Source: Vicugna vicugna (Eukaryota). Taken from it: 64,000 bases of DNA. The DNA is taken from NCBI GenBank assembly GCA_013265495.1, contig MU058844.1:5372344-5436343 (forward strand), written 5' to 3'. Position numbers and translations under genes: made by a program. Positions within the stretch are counted from its first letter, which is position 1. The number at the start of each line of letters is the position of its first letter. Shown piece after piece: positions 49,796 through 63,100 of this stretch. Under the pieces are notes generated by a model. The model saw only the letters and a list, made by a program, of their open reading frames with translations. It searched no databases and had not been told where the DNA came from.

Positions 49796-50924
49796 CATTG
49801 TCTGCAGAGGCTACTCCTGGGTAGCTGTGTAGAAGTAGGTTCTTTGAAGCACAAAGGATATTGACTGTGCAACGCCAGATGATAAGCCATGTTCTTTAGG
49901 ATTCCAGCAGTTTTGTTATTGTTTGTTTCTTACACTGACTGAATAAATACATTTCCAAATGCTTGAATGCCAAGTCTCAGAAGGTAGTAAAATAGAACTG
50001 ACTAATGACGGCTGGGAGAAACAAAGCCTGATTAGAAGAAATACAGAAATTCAAACAACCAACCCCTCCAAATAATTCGAACTTCATTTTTGGCAGAAAC
50101 CCAAGAATTCTCAGCCCGAAAGCATAGATTCTTTGAAATAGCAAATTTGATGGCTTACTTTTTAAACTGGCCACAAGATTTTGAAAAGCCAAGAACCTTG
50201 TTTTCTCATTTCAGAAGCAGCACTTTGAAATAACTATCCTGTGCGTGGGGGAGGAGGGGGGGCTTTTAGGTAGTTATTTCTTAAAGTCCCATTTTACCCT
50301 TTTCCTACCTTATCATCCCATTTTTGTTCTTGATTTTCCATTGGTCATCATTATAGACAAGAATGGTGTATTAAAAGCCATAGTTAAGGGTCTAGATGGA
50401 AAAATCAATAGGACACATTTTCCAAGTAAAAATCAATAATACTTAAAACAACTTTTCTTACTTAAAAGGCCAATCCTGTTGTGCTAAATAGCTAAGTTCC
50501 ACTTGTGCCGTGACCTTGTTCTGTCTGACTTACCATGTCCCTTTATGTCTATATGAATGATCATCTGACCGATTAATTGTGACAATACTAGCTACTAAAT
50601 AAGAATACACTAATGTGAAAGATGCTTGGATAAATGGATTAGTCAGCACACAGATTATTTTAACTGCAATGATCAGGTATGTGTTTTATTACACAATGAC
50701 TACAGCTTAATCCGAAAGTAAAGTCACTGGAATTTCTTGAAACAGCAGTGTTCATTTTTGACACCAGTTAATGAAGTTAATTGTCTTGCTTGTGGCCTTT
50801 CAAAACCTTGCTCGTGATCAAATTGGTTTATGATAGAAGATTAATGCTGGTTCAGAGCAGTGCTAAGTCAGTAGATGTAAGTATGACAACAAAAATAAGA
50901 GATACTATTCACTCTCTGTCACAC

Positions 50925-51120
50925 ACTGTGTTGGATGTTTCATATGAATTATTTTTCGTCTTCAAAATAGCCCTACAAGATGCAGTCTATCCTCATTTAT
51001 ACAGTTAAAAACCTATGGGATCTGATATATTAGGGGGTAAAACTCATAAACAGTAAGGAGCAGCATTAAGATTCAAACCCACAGGTTTATTATACCAAAA
51101 CATTTTGTTTTACTCTATAC
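50925..51120 (-). mobile_element. MIR SINE (diverged)
   Basis: cactgtgttggatgtttcata...atagccctacaag...tatcctcatttatacag...agattcaaaccca. Confidence 0.55.
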
Positions 51121-52822
51121 TATAAATACTCCTGTGACCTATTAAATCATGGCAGAAGCATGAACTAAGGATTGAAATAACACAGAAGTAAACTACTCTG
51201 CTTATCATTTTCATAGGGAAATTATTCTTCAAGTACATTCATTTCATGGAATGTAAATAATACACAAATAGGAATTTTCTACTATGTCAAGATTACTTGC
51301 CAAATTTTCTTTTTTTCATTCTTTATGTTTTACTTTTCTTTTCCACCAATATAATTCTATGATTATGAGTAATATACACAACGACTTATGGTATACATGA
51401 GTAAATTTCCTGTGTCTCTGATTTTATGAGGCTGTTCAGATTTCTGAAAGCACTGAATTTACCAATGGTCTGGGTCTTAGTAGGTCACTAGGGGTCTTCA
51501 GGTCTCTCTGACTTGAAATGAAGGCTGGAGCTGAAGGAACATCATATGTCTGCAGGTCATTTTTCAAGGTGATTAGACCAGGTTATTCTAGGGTGCTGGA
51601 CTGTACACCAGAAATCAGACATTAGTTAGAGTTCAGATCCCCGCACTACTTATGTATGATTTTGTTATTTCTAACCTGTCAACCTCCCATTCAAACATAC
51701 TTCATTAACTCACCTTGGACTGCCCTCCGTATCTTTAGTATTTATATTCATCAACTAGCATTTGTTTCCCTTTTTCAAAGTAAATTTTGTATTTTCCTAA
51801 CTTTAAAGACATATAGTCTCATATGTCTTTATAATTTATAATTATTTGATTAGTAATTTCATATGTTCATACTAATATTTTGCTGATTAGTTTAAGATTT
51901 TTCATTTCTTTCGCATCTCTTTTGTTATCCTTATGTTAAATCTCATTGCCTTAACTTAGATGAGAATGTATTTATTTTTAATTTTGTTTAAAATTATTTA
52001 AAATCAATTCTTAGTATTTTCTTGTATTTTACTCTTAAAAAGTTAGTTTTAATTTTATCTATTTTTTCTTATTAATTTTCATTTGGTATTTCTTCTTTTC
52101 CTCTCTTCTTATTTTTCTTTACTGTACAATTTTTGCTTTTATAATTACTGACAGTGATGATAATACAGAAAGACCCCAAATCATTAAGGGTTAGAAAGCA
52201 GGACATCCTGCCCATAAGGCTTTTCGACAACACTATTGACTTCCCCATGGGATCTTCTAACTCGTTTAAGAGTGGTTCCCCAAGAAACCTCACCCTCGGA
52301 AAGCTAGTTAATTCTACCCAGGACTGTAAATCACCATGCAGGTGTCACAGTTGATTTATTAGGATGGTGTTGCTTCCTGATAGCTGACATCATACAGTCA
52401 TTGTATAAGAAATCGTTTTGAAAGTCTATTGTGTACCATGTGGATAACTATTGGATTTAGGTGCTAGAGCCCATGTGTTATAGTTTACCATAATTCAGAA
52501 AAAGAAGGTATAAAAATATATGGAATGTCCCACTGAGGATAAACTCTCCGTGTGCAACATAGACCTGAATTTGTGAAGAGAATACTTAGTACTAAACATC
52601 CTGACAGAAGACAAGTGAACGAAAGGGCATTAAGTGCTAGTGTTCTCCAGGATGCCTATCTCTAGCAGCCTTTTCTTTTCACTCTTGATGGTTATAATCC
52701 AACTCCTGCTATATTATCTAGCAACTCTCTGCTGATACCCATATATATCCCGTATATAATTGTTTTTTATATCTTTTATATATACACACACAAAAAAGAC
52801 ATATACACATATATATATATAG

Positions 52823-52887
52823 TTATTGAAGTATAGTCAGTTTACAATGTGTCAATTTCTGGTGTTCAGCACAATACTTCAGTTATA
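52823..52887 (-). mobile_element. Extreme 3' tip of a camelid-type L1 with adjacent TA-rich tail
   Basis: ttattgaagtatagtcagtttacaatgtgtcaatttctggtgttcagcacaatacttcagt closely matches 22167-22230. Confidence 0.8.
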
Positions 52888-53335
52888 GAAAGTACAAAAT
52901 CTATATCCCATTTTGTATCTCTCTCCTGAGCTTCAGATCTTTGTGTTCAATTACCAAGAGGACATTTCCACCTAGGTTTTTAACACCTATCTTTAATTCA
53001 GTGTGTCTACAATTTTATGTACTGACTTTCTTCCCCACCGATCTTCCTGATAAATCTCTAAGGATCATTTCTTCTTGAATTCCATATCTCAAGGAATCAA
53101 TCATCCACGGTGGAATTGGAGGATTCCTTACTCCCTCTCCTGCTTCATTTCCACATCCAATCTATTGTCAAATCCTGTTAAATCTACTTTGTTAATGGCT
53201 CTACAACTGTCAAAGTATTAGACTCCTTTTTCCATTCTCTTAGAATCATCACCAAAGTCTCTTACCTGGCATGTCAGTTATCACTTTATTGCCTCTCAGC
53301 TCCAAATTCATTCTGCATTACCTGATCTATGAAAA

Positions 53336-53965
53336 TTATCTGGGGCTTTTAATGTTTTTCAAGTAGGAATGATTTTAAGTTTTGCCAGTAGAGGGTGTTG
53401 AGTAGACATTTCTAGAAAAAAAAGAATTTTGCTTCCTTGTTCTGATATGCTAGCTTAGGTGGCTTCTTCATCACTCAATCTTGCAGTACAGAACAACCAG
53501 CATTTTCCTTGGCATACTTCCTTAGGTAGTTTTGTAGCAGTGTGCCTCAGTGAGACACGGTCAACAGCTTTCTCAGCATCTTACGTAATGTATTTCCAGC
53601 AAGTTCTACAGTACCATAGTAACTTCTCCACCATGCAATGAGTCAGAACCATGCCCGCCAACAAGTCTATGTGTCAGCCCAGGATGGAAGGTTGGGGGTG
53701 GGGGAAGGAGCTGGGTTTCTTCCTTGGGACTGTTTTTATCTTAGCCCTAGTGCTGTTTGTTTGTTTGTTTATTTATTATTTTGTTTTTGTAGATACTTCT
53801 TGCATCCACTATTCCTATATTCTTTATAATTATCTTTAAATTTTACTAGCCTATTCCCCATCATTATATCCCAGTACTGCAGTTAATACTTCTGCATATT
53901 ATATTAAACTTCCCCTGTTCAAATTGCTGTGTAATTTCACTCTCCTGGTTATGTCCAGACTTTGT
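53336..53965 (+). mobile_element. ERVL LTR, LTR41-like
   Basis: tctggggcttttaatg...ttttgccagtagagggtg...gtgcctcagtgagacac...atttccagcaagttc...attaaacttcccctgttcaaatt resembles LTR41 as recalled. Confidence 0.6.
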
Positions 53966-54344
53966 TGATAGCTATAATAACCTAGTCCTCCAATTTCCTT
54001 TCCTTCCCACTTTGATTTATTTTCTCCCTCCAGCTGGAAAAACCCAGTGAAGTTGATACAACTCAGTAGTTTGTATCTCTTCTCTGGCATTCTGGGAAGA
54101 TTTCCACCTTACTTTGAAATCCCTGTCCTTTACCCATGTACCTTCCATCTAGCTAATAATAGCCATGGTCACCAAACTAGGCGCTGGGATTCAACAATGA
54201 AAAGAATGAAGTCCTTGCCCTTATGAAGCTTACATTCCCATGGATAAAAAGGTCCACAAACAAATGTAGATGTATATGTTGAAGGGGAAAAAAAAAGGCT
54301 ATAAAAAAAAGTGAAGCAGATTAGAGGAGGTGTGTCACTGAAAA

Positions 54345-54720
54345 CAAGATAGGTTATACTGTGATATTAATCAAACCCCACATCTCAGAGGTTTACTACA
54401 ATAAAAGTTTAATTTTAGTTAACACTGCATGTCAATCACAAGTCAGGCATAGCTCTTTTCCATGTTGTCTTCCATCGGGGGTCCAGGTTGACAGAGCAGC
54501 TTCTGTGAAGACCATTATAGGCATTCAGGCAGAGGGAAATGTGATGGGAACAACAATATGAAGATGCTGAAAGCTTCTGCCTAGAAGAACACATCACTTA
54601 TCTTTACATATTATTGGACAAAGCAAGTCGTGTGTTCCAACCTAAAGCCAACTGGGCAATAATTTATAAACTTCCTGGGATAGTGAGTAACTGTAAACAA
54701 AAATGCAACCTAACACAGGT
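54345..54720 (-). mobile_element. MaLR (MLT1K/L-like) LTR nested in an L2
   Basis: aggttatactgtg...aaaccccacatctcagaggtttactacaataaaagttt...aaagcttctgcctagaag...attggacaaagcaagtc. Confidence 0.55.
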
Positions 54721-55559
54721 GATAAGGAATATCCTTTATGAGAAAGCAATGTTTGATCAGTAAGACCTGAAAGAAGTAAAAAGGGGAGCTAAGAGGATAT
54801 GTAGGGGCAGATCACTCCGTAACAGGCACAGAATGACTACTTTTATTCTTTTTGTTTCAAGTAAAAACACTCTAAGTACAGTAAAAATGAGTCTTTTAAT
54901 AGTAATTCTCTTGACAGTAATTGCTGTGATATGTCATGCCATGTATAGTTAGCATGTGAAGAAAATGAATCAGGCGCATTTCCTAATAATAATTATCTTA
55001 GTGAATGATGATTCAAATAGACAAGAGGATAGGATCTTCCTTAAGTGCTTCTCTCTCTGAAACTTAATGAAAGTTTTGTGTTTTAAACAAAACATCCTCA
55101 GTGTAGGTTTCTTTGGTGAAACACTTGTTCAGATCTGATTTTGCCACCAAGAAAGTCTTATTCAAATCCTTGTCATTTAATTGATCCCTTTGTAAAATGA
55201 CTTCTTCTGATTATGTAGAGCTGAAATGTATGAATCAGTATAAATTGAATCTGATATTATACAAACATTAAACTGTGTATAAATACTTAAAACAATTTAT
55301 ATATGTAGCTATATAATCTCATTTTTGACACATTAATATTCCACTTTGGTTATGTGAATAAATGTGATCTTTCATTAATTTACATATTCTACCTTCCAAG
55401 CTTTTCCATGGCAGAAATTATTTTTAACAATTTATTTCTGATTTTAAAAGTAAGCTACATATTTTATAGAGTATTTTAATCCTGTATAGTTTATATAGGA
55501 TTACCTGCAATCATAACAATCTACAAATCTGGGGAATTACACTTTATAGGTTATTATGT

Positions 55560-55985
55560 GCTCTTATTTTTATGAAAATCTTGATACTCTTTCAGTGATA
55601 ATATTTCACCATATTTTAATTTTATTTGTTGTATTAGAATTCTTCTAAGATTATGCCTTCAGTTATATTTTTCTGTATTTCTATATTTCCATTCAGTAAA
55701 TGTACTAGTGTAGCGTTGTTCATAGCATTCTCATATTTTTTAATTGCTCCCATTCTGGTTACAACTGCTTTCATTCCAAATTTCATAAATTTGTTTTCTC
55801 TCTTGATTAGAATTGTCAGCAGCTTATAAATTTAATAGGTTTTAAAGAACAAAACTTTGATTTTGTTTGTCAGTCTCATAGTTACCCAGTTTGCTCTGCA
55901 ATTAATTTCTGCTTTTAACTTTCTACTAATTTTCTTGTTTGTTCGTGTTTATTTCTTTTCTGTATCCTCAAGTTAGATGCTTGGA
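55560..55985 (-). mobile_element. Ancient L1M ORF2 remnant
   Basis: gttgttcatagcattctc...ctctcttgattag...ttttaaagaacaaaactttgattttg...ttaatttctgcttt, a degenerate version of the young L1 at ~6770-7020. Confidence 0.6.
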
Positions 55986-57659
55986 AGTGCTAGCTGAAGT
56001 CCCCAAGCCTTTTCATTGCCCCTCCCTCACTTTCACTGTTTTATCCCTTTCAATAGTATTGAGAAGGTAGTACTCTTCTACAGTCATACAGCCAATTCTT
56101 TTTATTATCAGTGATTTCAGCATAAGAGAGTAATACAAAAGTGGTACAGGGCAGGGCCAGTTACTTTCGCCCTACCTGTTATATTCTTTGAACTCAAAAT
56201 TTCATCTTTTGTTTCATGCAGATTCTTTGTAGTCTTTTTCAACATTTTGATGTGTATTCCCGAATTCCCTCTTTACTTAATCTTTGCCCTCCTTTCATTC
56301 ATGAATTCTCAAAATGAGAATATAGCAATTCAATTTACATGAAAAGTTGGTAGGTGGGATTATGGGATTTCTCTTTGAAGTCTCTCTCTCACTTTCTCTT
56401 TCTAAACACACACACATGCATATATATATTTTTTTCAGAATACTAAAATCAGTAGGGATTTCTGGTGCTATGTGGTTCCAAACTGGTTAAAATAGACATA
56501 CTTAAAAATATTTGCAGATACTGAAATTAAAAAGAAAAAAACAAACATAATTTAAAATGTGATCCTATATCTTTACTGAAGCTCTGTTTATGTGAAAATA
56601 AATTAATGAGGAGGATGTTAATTAAACTTTCAGGTATTGAATTTGACAAGCAAAGTCATCCTTGGCTAATAGCACACTTAACCTGAGTATCAAAAGACGT
56701 ACATGCTCCATTACTCCACAAAAAAACACAAGATTTCAGCCTATTCTCAACTTGTAAAGTATTTTTCACCCTCAAGTGTACTCCTGAAATGTTTTCTGAA
56801 ATTGTTCTGTCAATTTTGAATTAAATCAAGGAAATCATAAAATGTAGTGAAAAATTCCAGTACACATGTCTGAAATATTCCAGTTTAGGAACACTATCTT
56901 CATGTGTCTTGTTTTAATGCTTTTTGTGAGTTAGCCAAGAATATGTTTCAGAAATACAGCATAGGGGTTTAGAAAGAAGTACAGCCACAGATTTCTTAGC
57001 ATCTCAAGTCTCCAATATCTCTTGTTTGTTGACAGCTGAATAAAGCTTCCAAATATGCAAATTAGGCATAAGCTGTTGCTTCTGTTAAAATGCTTTTATA
57101 GTTAAATATACTCACTTTCTTCATGTTGAAATAATCTTCTGACTCATTTTCAAAAGTATGTATGTCAATAAACTTGTCTGTAATATATTATGATTGACCA
57201 CAAAAGGTTATTTATTATTTTTTATTAAGACTCTAAGTACTTCTAATGATCTGCCTGATAAGATGATCTAGAATCCACATCAACAGGGCCACACTGTCCT
57301 CCTGTAGCTCTTTTCCAGATTGCTTCTATAAGCAATGGAAGGCCACCCTTGTATTTCCTTCTTTTAGCCTACTCCTGGACAGCACACAGAATGAGCTGCA
57401 TAAGAGGAAAAGGCGAAGTCTGATGTTGCTTATGGTCTAATGCTGAGCTTTGCACCCAAACCATAATAGAGGAACAGAAAATATTTGTTAAGTCAATGTT
57501 GACTCTTAACCTCCTTGCATTGTTTTGTACTAAGCGTTAATTTTTTTTCATCTCCTTCTTCCCTAATTTTTTCATCCTCAGTATGCACTGAATACAGTAG
57601 TAACTACCATTGATTTAATGATGTCTCTGTGTATGTGTTGTGTATGTGCATGTATGTGT

Positions 57660-57985
57660 GTGTAATCACCAATCCTTACAAAGTCTATATTTCTCCAGAT
57701 TTCCTTGCTAGGTTTATATATCCCCAGATACTCTTATGAGGAAACCTTCAGTGATGGCAAATGATTTCTCCCAAGTCACACAACTGTTGAGAATCAGAGC
57801 CAGAATTAAAACTCAGTTCTACTTGTCTAAGTTTTTCCACTGCCCTCTGCTTCTAAAACTTTTCAACTCAAGTACCAGCAGTAACAGAGGACACTTATGT
57901 TACTTCACTGCGTAATAAAAAAATGGCAGAGTTAGGACTTGTAACCAAGCAATATGACTTTAGAATTTGTTGTTTTAACTATTTC
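57660..57985 (-). mobile_element. Two MIR fragments
   Basis: atgaggaaacc...tttctcccaagtcacacaact...agagccagaattaaaactcag and aatggcagagttaggacttgtaaccaagc. Confidence 0.55.
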
Positions 57986-59769
57986 TCCTTAAATTCAGAG
58001 GGTGAATACAAGCATGCAGAATCCTGTGAAAGTAGGTTGTTTAATGTTCTACCTATAGTACAATGAACCAAGTCACACATTCTTCCACTTCTCCTTCAGG
58101 AGCAGGTTTGAGGAATATTAGGCAAAATAAGTTTGGCTGAACAAAGTCTTGTGTTATAGAACGTGGCATTCATGTCATGAGAATGAAGTTACATTGTGGT
58201 GCATAATGGTCTGTGTGAAAGAAGGAATAAGAAAGCCTCTGTACTGAGTTCTAGAGAGGAACACTGAAGAAGAAAAGATTTAGAAGGCAAAGGATTTGCA
58301 ATGTGCAGTATCTTTGGTCCCTTTATGAAATGTCTAGTGAAACCTACCTTATTCACCAGAGCTTTTGAAGTTAAATGGGGCTGGAGGGGGAAAACCCAGA
58401 AAAGCATTTAAGAACTGAGTAGTAGTATAAGATGTGTGCAGGTCGAAAGCAAAAGCCGCCAAAATGGGCACAGTTACATACTTATTACCTTTTCATATAC
58501 TTAATGCAAAAGTTTACTTACTTTACATAATTTATCCTGCCTCCCTCAAAAACGTCAAGCAACTGATGATCTTAAAAGATGTTTCCTCTTTATCTGAGGG
58601 TTTTCCTATCTCCATTGCAAAACGCACCCAGAATGTGATGCAGCATTGTTAATAAACATTCCAGAGAAACAGTCAGAGGACATATCAATATATCATTTTA
58701 AGGGTTAAAAAAATAGACACAGGGAAATAAGGTTTTGCCCCCAAATATGTAGCTAAAATGACATTTCTGGATAAGAGTTCAGGGTTCTCAATCCATGTTA
58801 CTGTAGCTAAAAGAAAGGAAGCTTCCACGAAGATGCCAGGCAGGAAGATATGTAACTACAGTAATTTGAAAAGCTATCCTGTTTGATTCTGATCTCAAAA
58901 TCCAAATGGAGAATTTCCTTTTCCTTTTAAACACCTGAAGTGTAGAACTAAAACCTCTTGGATTGAAATAAGATAGATAGTTTCTGGTACATAGATTATA
59001 CTTATTTTATTTTAATAAATTCTGTTTTTCCACCACTTTGAAAAAGAAAACTGATTTCCATTGCTTAAAGAAAACCCTCAAACTTACTTTCCGTTAGATT
59101 TTAACCTCTACATTAGGTTTTTTCGATCTTTCTCACATCAGCCACAATTTGTAGACTTAACTCTCCTTGTCTGATGCAATCAGCATAAATGAAATGGAGA
59201 GTCAAAAGGTCAATACCTTTCTAACCCAGAAAACACTATCTCATTTTTACTTTCTCCAATTTCTCTGAAGCCATAAGTCTTTGTTCATCAGTGATTAAAA
59301 ATTCAGAACCATATTGGTTTTAAAAGTATAGACATTTTCCTGTTTAATGCTCTCTAACATCAACGTTTTTCTTGGATTGTGGCAAAAATGGCAACTTAGT
59401 CTAATTTGTATGATATTAGTTTGGTTTTATTTTTTATTTAAAAACTTGCATTTTTTATTCAAACAAAATTTACCATTGTATTATAATTCAAAAAACCTGT
59501 GTAATGGGAAAGATTGCCCATTAAAATTAATAAAACATTTTCTATTTTACTGTATTAAAATATATTTCTAAATATGTTTTATACTTGCTAATATGTATAC
59601 CCTGAATAGAATCTTTAAGTGTCTGAAAAAAATATTCAATTAAATATTGATAAAATCTCTGGTATGACTGCTCCTGCCAACCTAGGATTTTTATTATTGT
59701 TATAAAGGAAAAATACGCAGAAAAAGATTACAGCAGGTGATTATTCCCTAGCAGAGATACTTATTTCTC

Positions 59770-60175
59770 ACCAATCAGTATCTTTCTTGCTTGCAGTAAT
59801 AGAATGCTTCACACCTAGATTTTAGAGGTCCCATGGCTAAAGCTAAAAGACCTTCCATACTTATAGTTAGATGCCGCCTCGTGATGAAACTCTGCTACAG
59901 GGATGTAAGTGGATGTGATGTGTGCAACTTTCATGTTATTTTCATAAAATAAAACTGCTACTCATTTATTTTATTCTTTATTCCTTTCCACTGGCTGTGT
60001 AATGGAGACTCTCCTGTAACCACTGCCTTTGCCCACAGTGGGAAAACTCTTCTTGAGGAGGGAGGTTGCTGCCAACTCAATTCCCCAGGTGAAGAGGAAG
60101 TAGCACTGCCGTTGATGACTTGCCTACCTGGCAAATTGTGTGACAGAGAAACAAACTTCTCCATCACTTAAGGTG
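59770..60175 (+). mobile_element. MaLR (MLT1-type) LTR remnant
   Basis: gggatgtaagtggatgtgatgtgtgcaactttc...cttgcctacctggc...tgtgacagagaaacaaacttct. Confidence 0.5.
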
Positions 60176-63100
60176 CATACACTAAATACTCAGTATTACA
60201 AATGAAAATGGTCATATTGCAAATGATGAAGTTAAGTGTTACAATATTCTTTTGTCTCTAAAATAATTCTGTACATTCTGCAAGCAAAATATCAGTGAAC
60301 TTCTACTTAAAATGTCAACAGTCATAAGCAACAATTCATATATATAACCTTTAACTCTCTAGAAAAGGGTAGTTAGTTGGGAGTACTCAAAAAATGACAT
60401 AAACTCAGGTTATCTTTGTTAATGCAATATTATAATATTATAAAATGTTAGCTATCCATTCAAATGAATATAAGTAAGATTAGGAATATATTATAAAATG
60501 AGGAATATAAAGGAATTAATTACAAGAAATACAATGTTGGCCACAGTATACGGGTAAGCTTGCAGTCTCTCCATCTCTTTGTGAGGCTTTAAGTCTTTTC
60601 ATCTCATCTTTATGTATGTTTGTTCAATTTTTTCTCTTTGAAGACTGGTTTCTTATGGTGTTTCATTTTTGTTTTCCAAAATTTTTACTTAATTGGTCAT
60701 TGTTTTAGCCATCATGGGTACCAACAAAACTGCCAGTAGTATGACACTCAGTACTGATTTCCACATCTGACTGCTTCATTCTCCATCAGCATTACAAACT
60801 CCAGGAAGAAAAACAAATGTCCAGACTGAATCAAGTGTTCATTCCAAGGCTTCTCAATCCTTTCCCTTGTCTAAAACTATATAGGAGGTTCAGTGTGTGT
60901 ATTCTGTCCAGGGAGAGAGCAGTTGGAATCTCCAGTGAGAAACTAGAAAAAAAAATCATATGGGATACAGGCATTTTTTTAGTTAACTTTTAGTGTAAAA
61001 TGAATGTCTTTAGGACAAAGGAGTACATACATGGGTTTAATTACTTCTATCCACAATCATTATTAAAGAATTAGGTTTGCGTTTCTCCAATATTCGTTAT
61101 CATTGTACTAATTATAATCACCTGAAACTTGAAAGAGACTGGAGGAAGAGGTAGTAGTTACTATGAAGGTGAGCACTGCAATAGTTTGCAAAAAAGTACT
61201 TATTAAGGAGTTCCAACTATCTGAACATATTTAAATAATAATCATGTATGTCTTAAAACAATTATCCTGGCTTGACCTTTCTGATAAGCTCATCTTCACC
61301 CATTTTTACCCAATCATTAAGTCACAATCTCAAACAGATTTTTTTTTTTAGAATTTTACTTGATTTACTGTATCGACTTAAAAAAAAAAACCTTAACATA
61401 TTTTCTTTAATTCATATCATTCTTCTCATATGAGCCTAAATCACTCAGCTTTTATGCTGTCCCATAATTAAACACTTACCTACTCATTAATCTAAATGAA
61501 ATCTGTGACTTTATTTAACACCTATTTACCATCTAAGAAAAAGTGGGATCATTAAACAAAGTTTCTAGTTGCTGGGCTCCAAACTTGCTCTTGTAGGACT
61601 ATTTTTTTTTTTTTACAATAGTATACATCCTGTGGGGAGGGAAATAAATCATCAGATAATATTACGTATTTTTTTCTTCTCATAGTTATTGTATCTACTT
61701 GTAAGTATTAAGCAAGCCCATACATGAGATGAATTTTAAATTGTCAATTAAAAATGTTACTCCAAAATATAATAGAGTTAGGTATTATATGAATCTTTGA
61801 AATTAAACAATTTCATGAGGACATTAGTGACTGAAGCTTAACTGTGGATTTCTTTTTTTAATTGTTTGACTTGCTTAGTATGTGCCTATATGTGATGTTT
61901 AGCTATTTGTTGATACTGGATCTACCTATGATTGTTTAGATAAATAGATGTACAATTAGATGAATTCTGGTCTCAATTACCTTAACATTTCCTTTGCTTA
62001 ATATACCATGAAGAAGAATCTGGTGTTTCCTCAATAGATCGTAGTAATATATATGGGTTGGGACTTTTTTCTAAGGTAGATAGCACACAAAATATATTAC
62101 CCCTTAACACATCTTAATATTCCATATAATTAGAATGTTAAATGCCACCAACTACACTTTATAAATTACAGCTAATGCACATCTCACCAAAGAGTTGCTC
62201 ACCTGCAGAGAAGCCATCATATTTAAAGCCCATTTCCAAGTCTTCTTATGCCCTCAAGGATACGAGGCTAAAGTAATGATACTATTGGAACTGCACATAA
62301 TCAGCTCCTATAAAAACATGTAGTCCTGATTCCAGTTATGTTAATTCATTGCAGCAGGACTGTACATTTCAATCACCAGAAGGTTCAGTACCTTTCGGAA
62401 GCCCCTTGGCAGCACACAGGCAGGCCCCATGAAAGTATTTAGCAAATCCTTTTGTGAAGCATGAGGGGTTTAAAGCAGTAATAAACCAATTCCTTTACAT
62501 TGATAAATTCCTCTTAAGTCAATGAGGGCTTTGAGGGACTGAAGACTGAGGATTTTTCTTCCCCAGTTCACTCTTCAGAAGAATCTCAGATGATGTATAA
62601 TAATACAGACATCCATTTTCAACGTCTGGAGCCACTGGAGGGCAAGAGGATCATAATTCACAGTGAAACAACAGTTTAAATCAGAGCCGCCCAATTTCAG
62701 TCCCTTAGAAATGCTAGTGGTCCTTTTTCCACAGCATTTTGTATTTAAATGTGTCACTGCTGCATTTCTGTACACTTAATAGAGCATTCGAGACACATTT
62801 GTTGTGGTGTTACGGAAAGCAGTACATGCAATGTTTTTGCTTTATCGGTGAAGCTCCTTTTGTAATAAAAAGGTTGATTTTTAAGTCCACAGCAGAGTCT
62901 GTAGCATAAAATTCTGCTGAAGCAGAAGTACAATTACATTGGACACCCCCAAAAAATAAACTTGGTAGAAATATAAGCTTAGCCTGAGTATTAACATGCT
63001 TTCTGACATAATTTTGTTGCAGAGGTAAGTGGAGAATTTACTCAATTTTTTTTTCTTTTTCCAAACACAAAGCCATTTATTAGTGGCTAACATACCCAAT

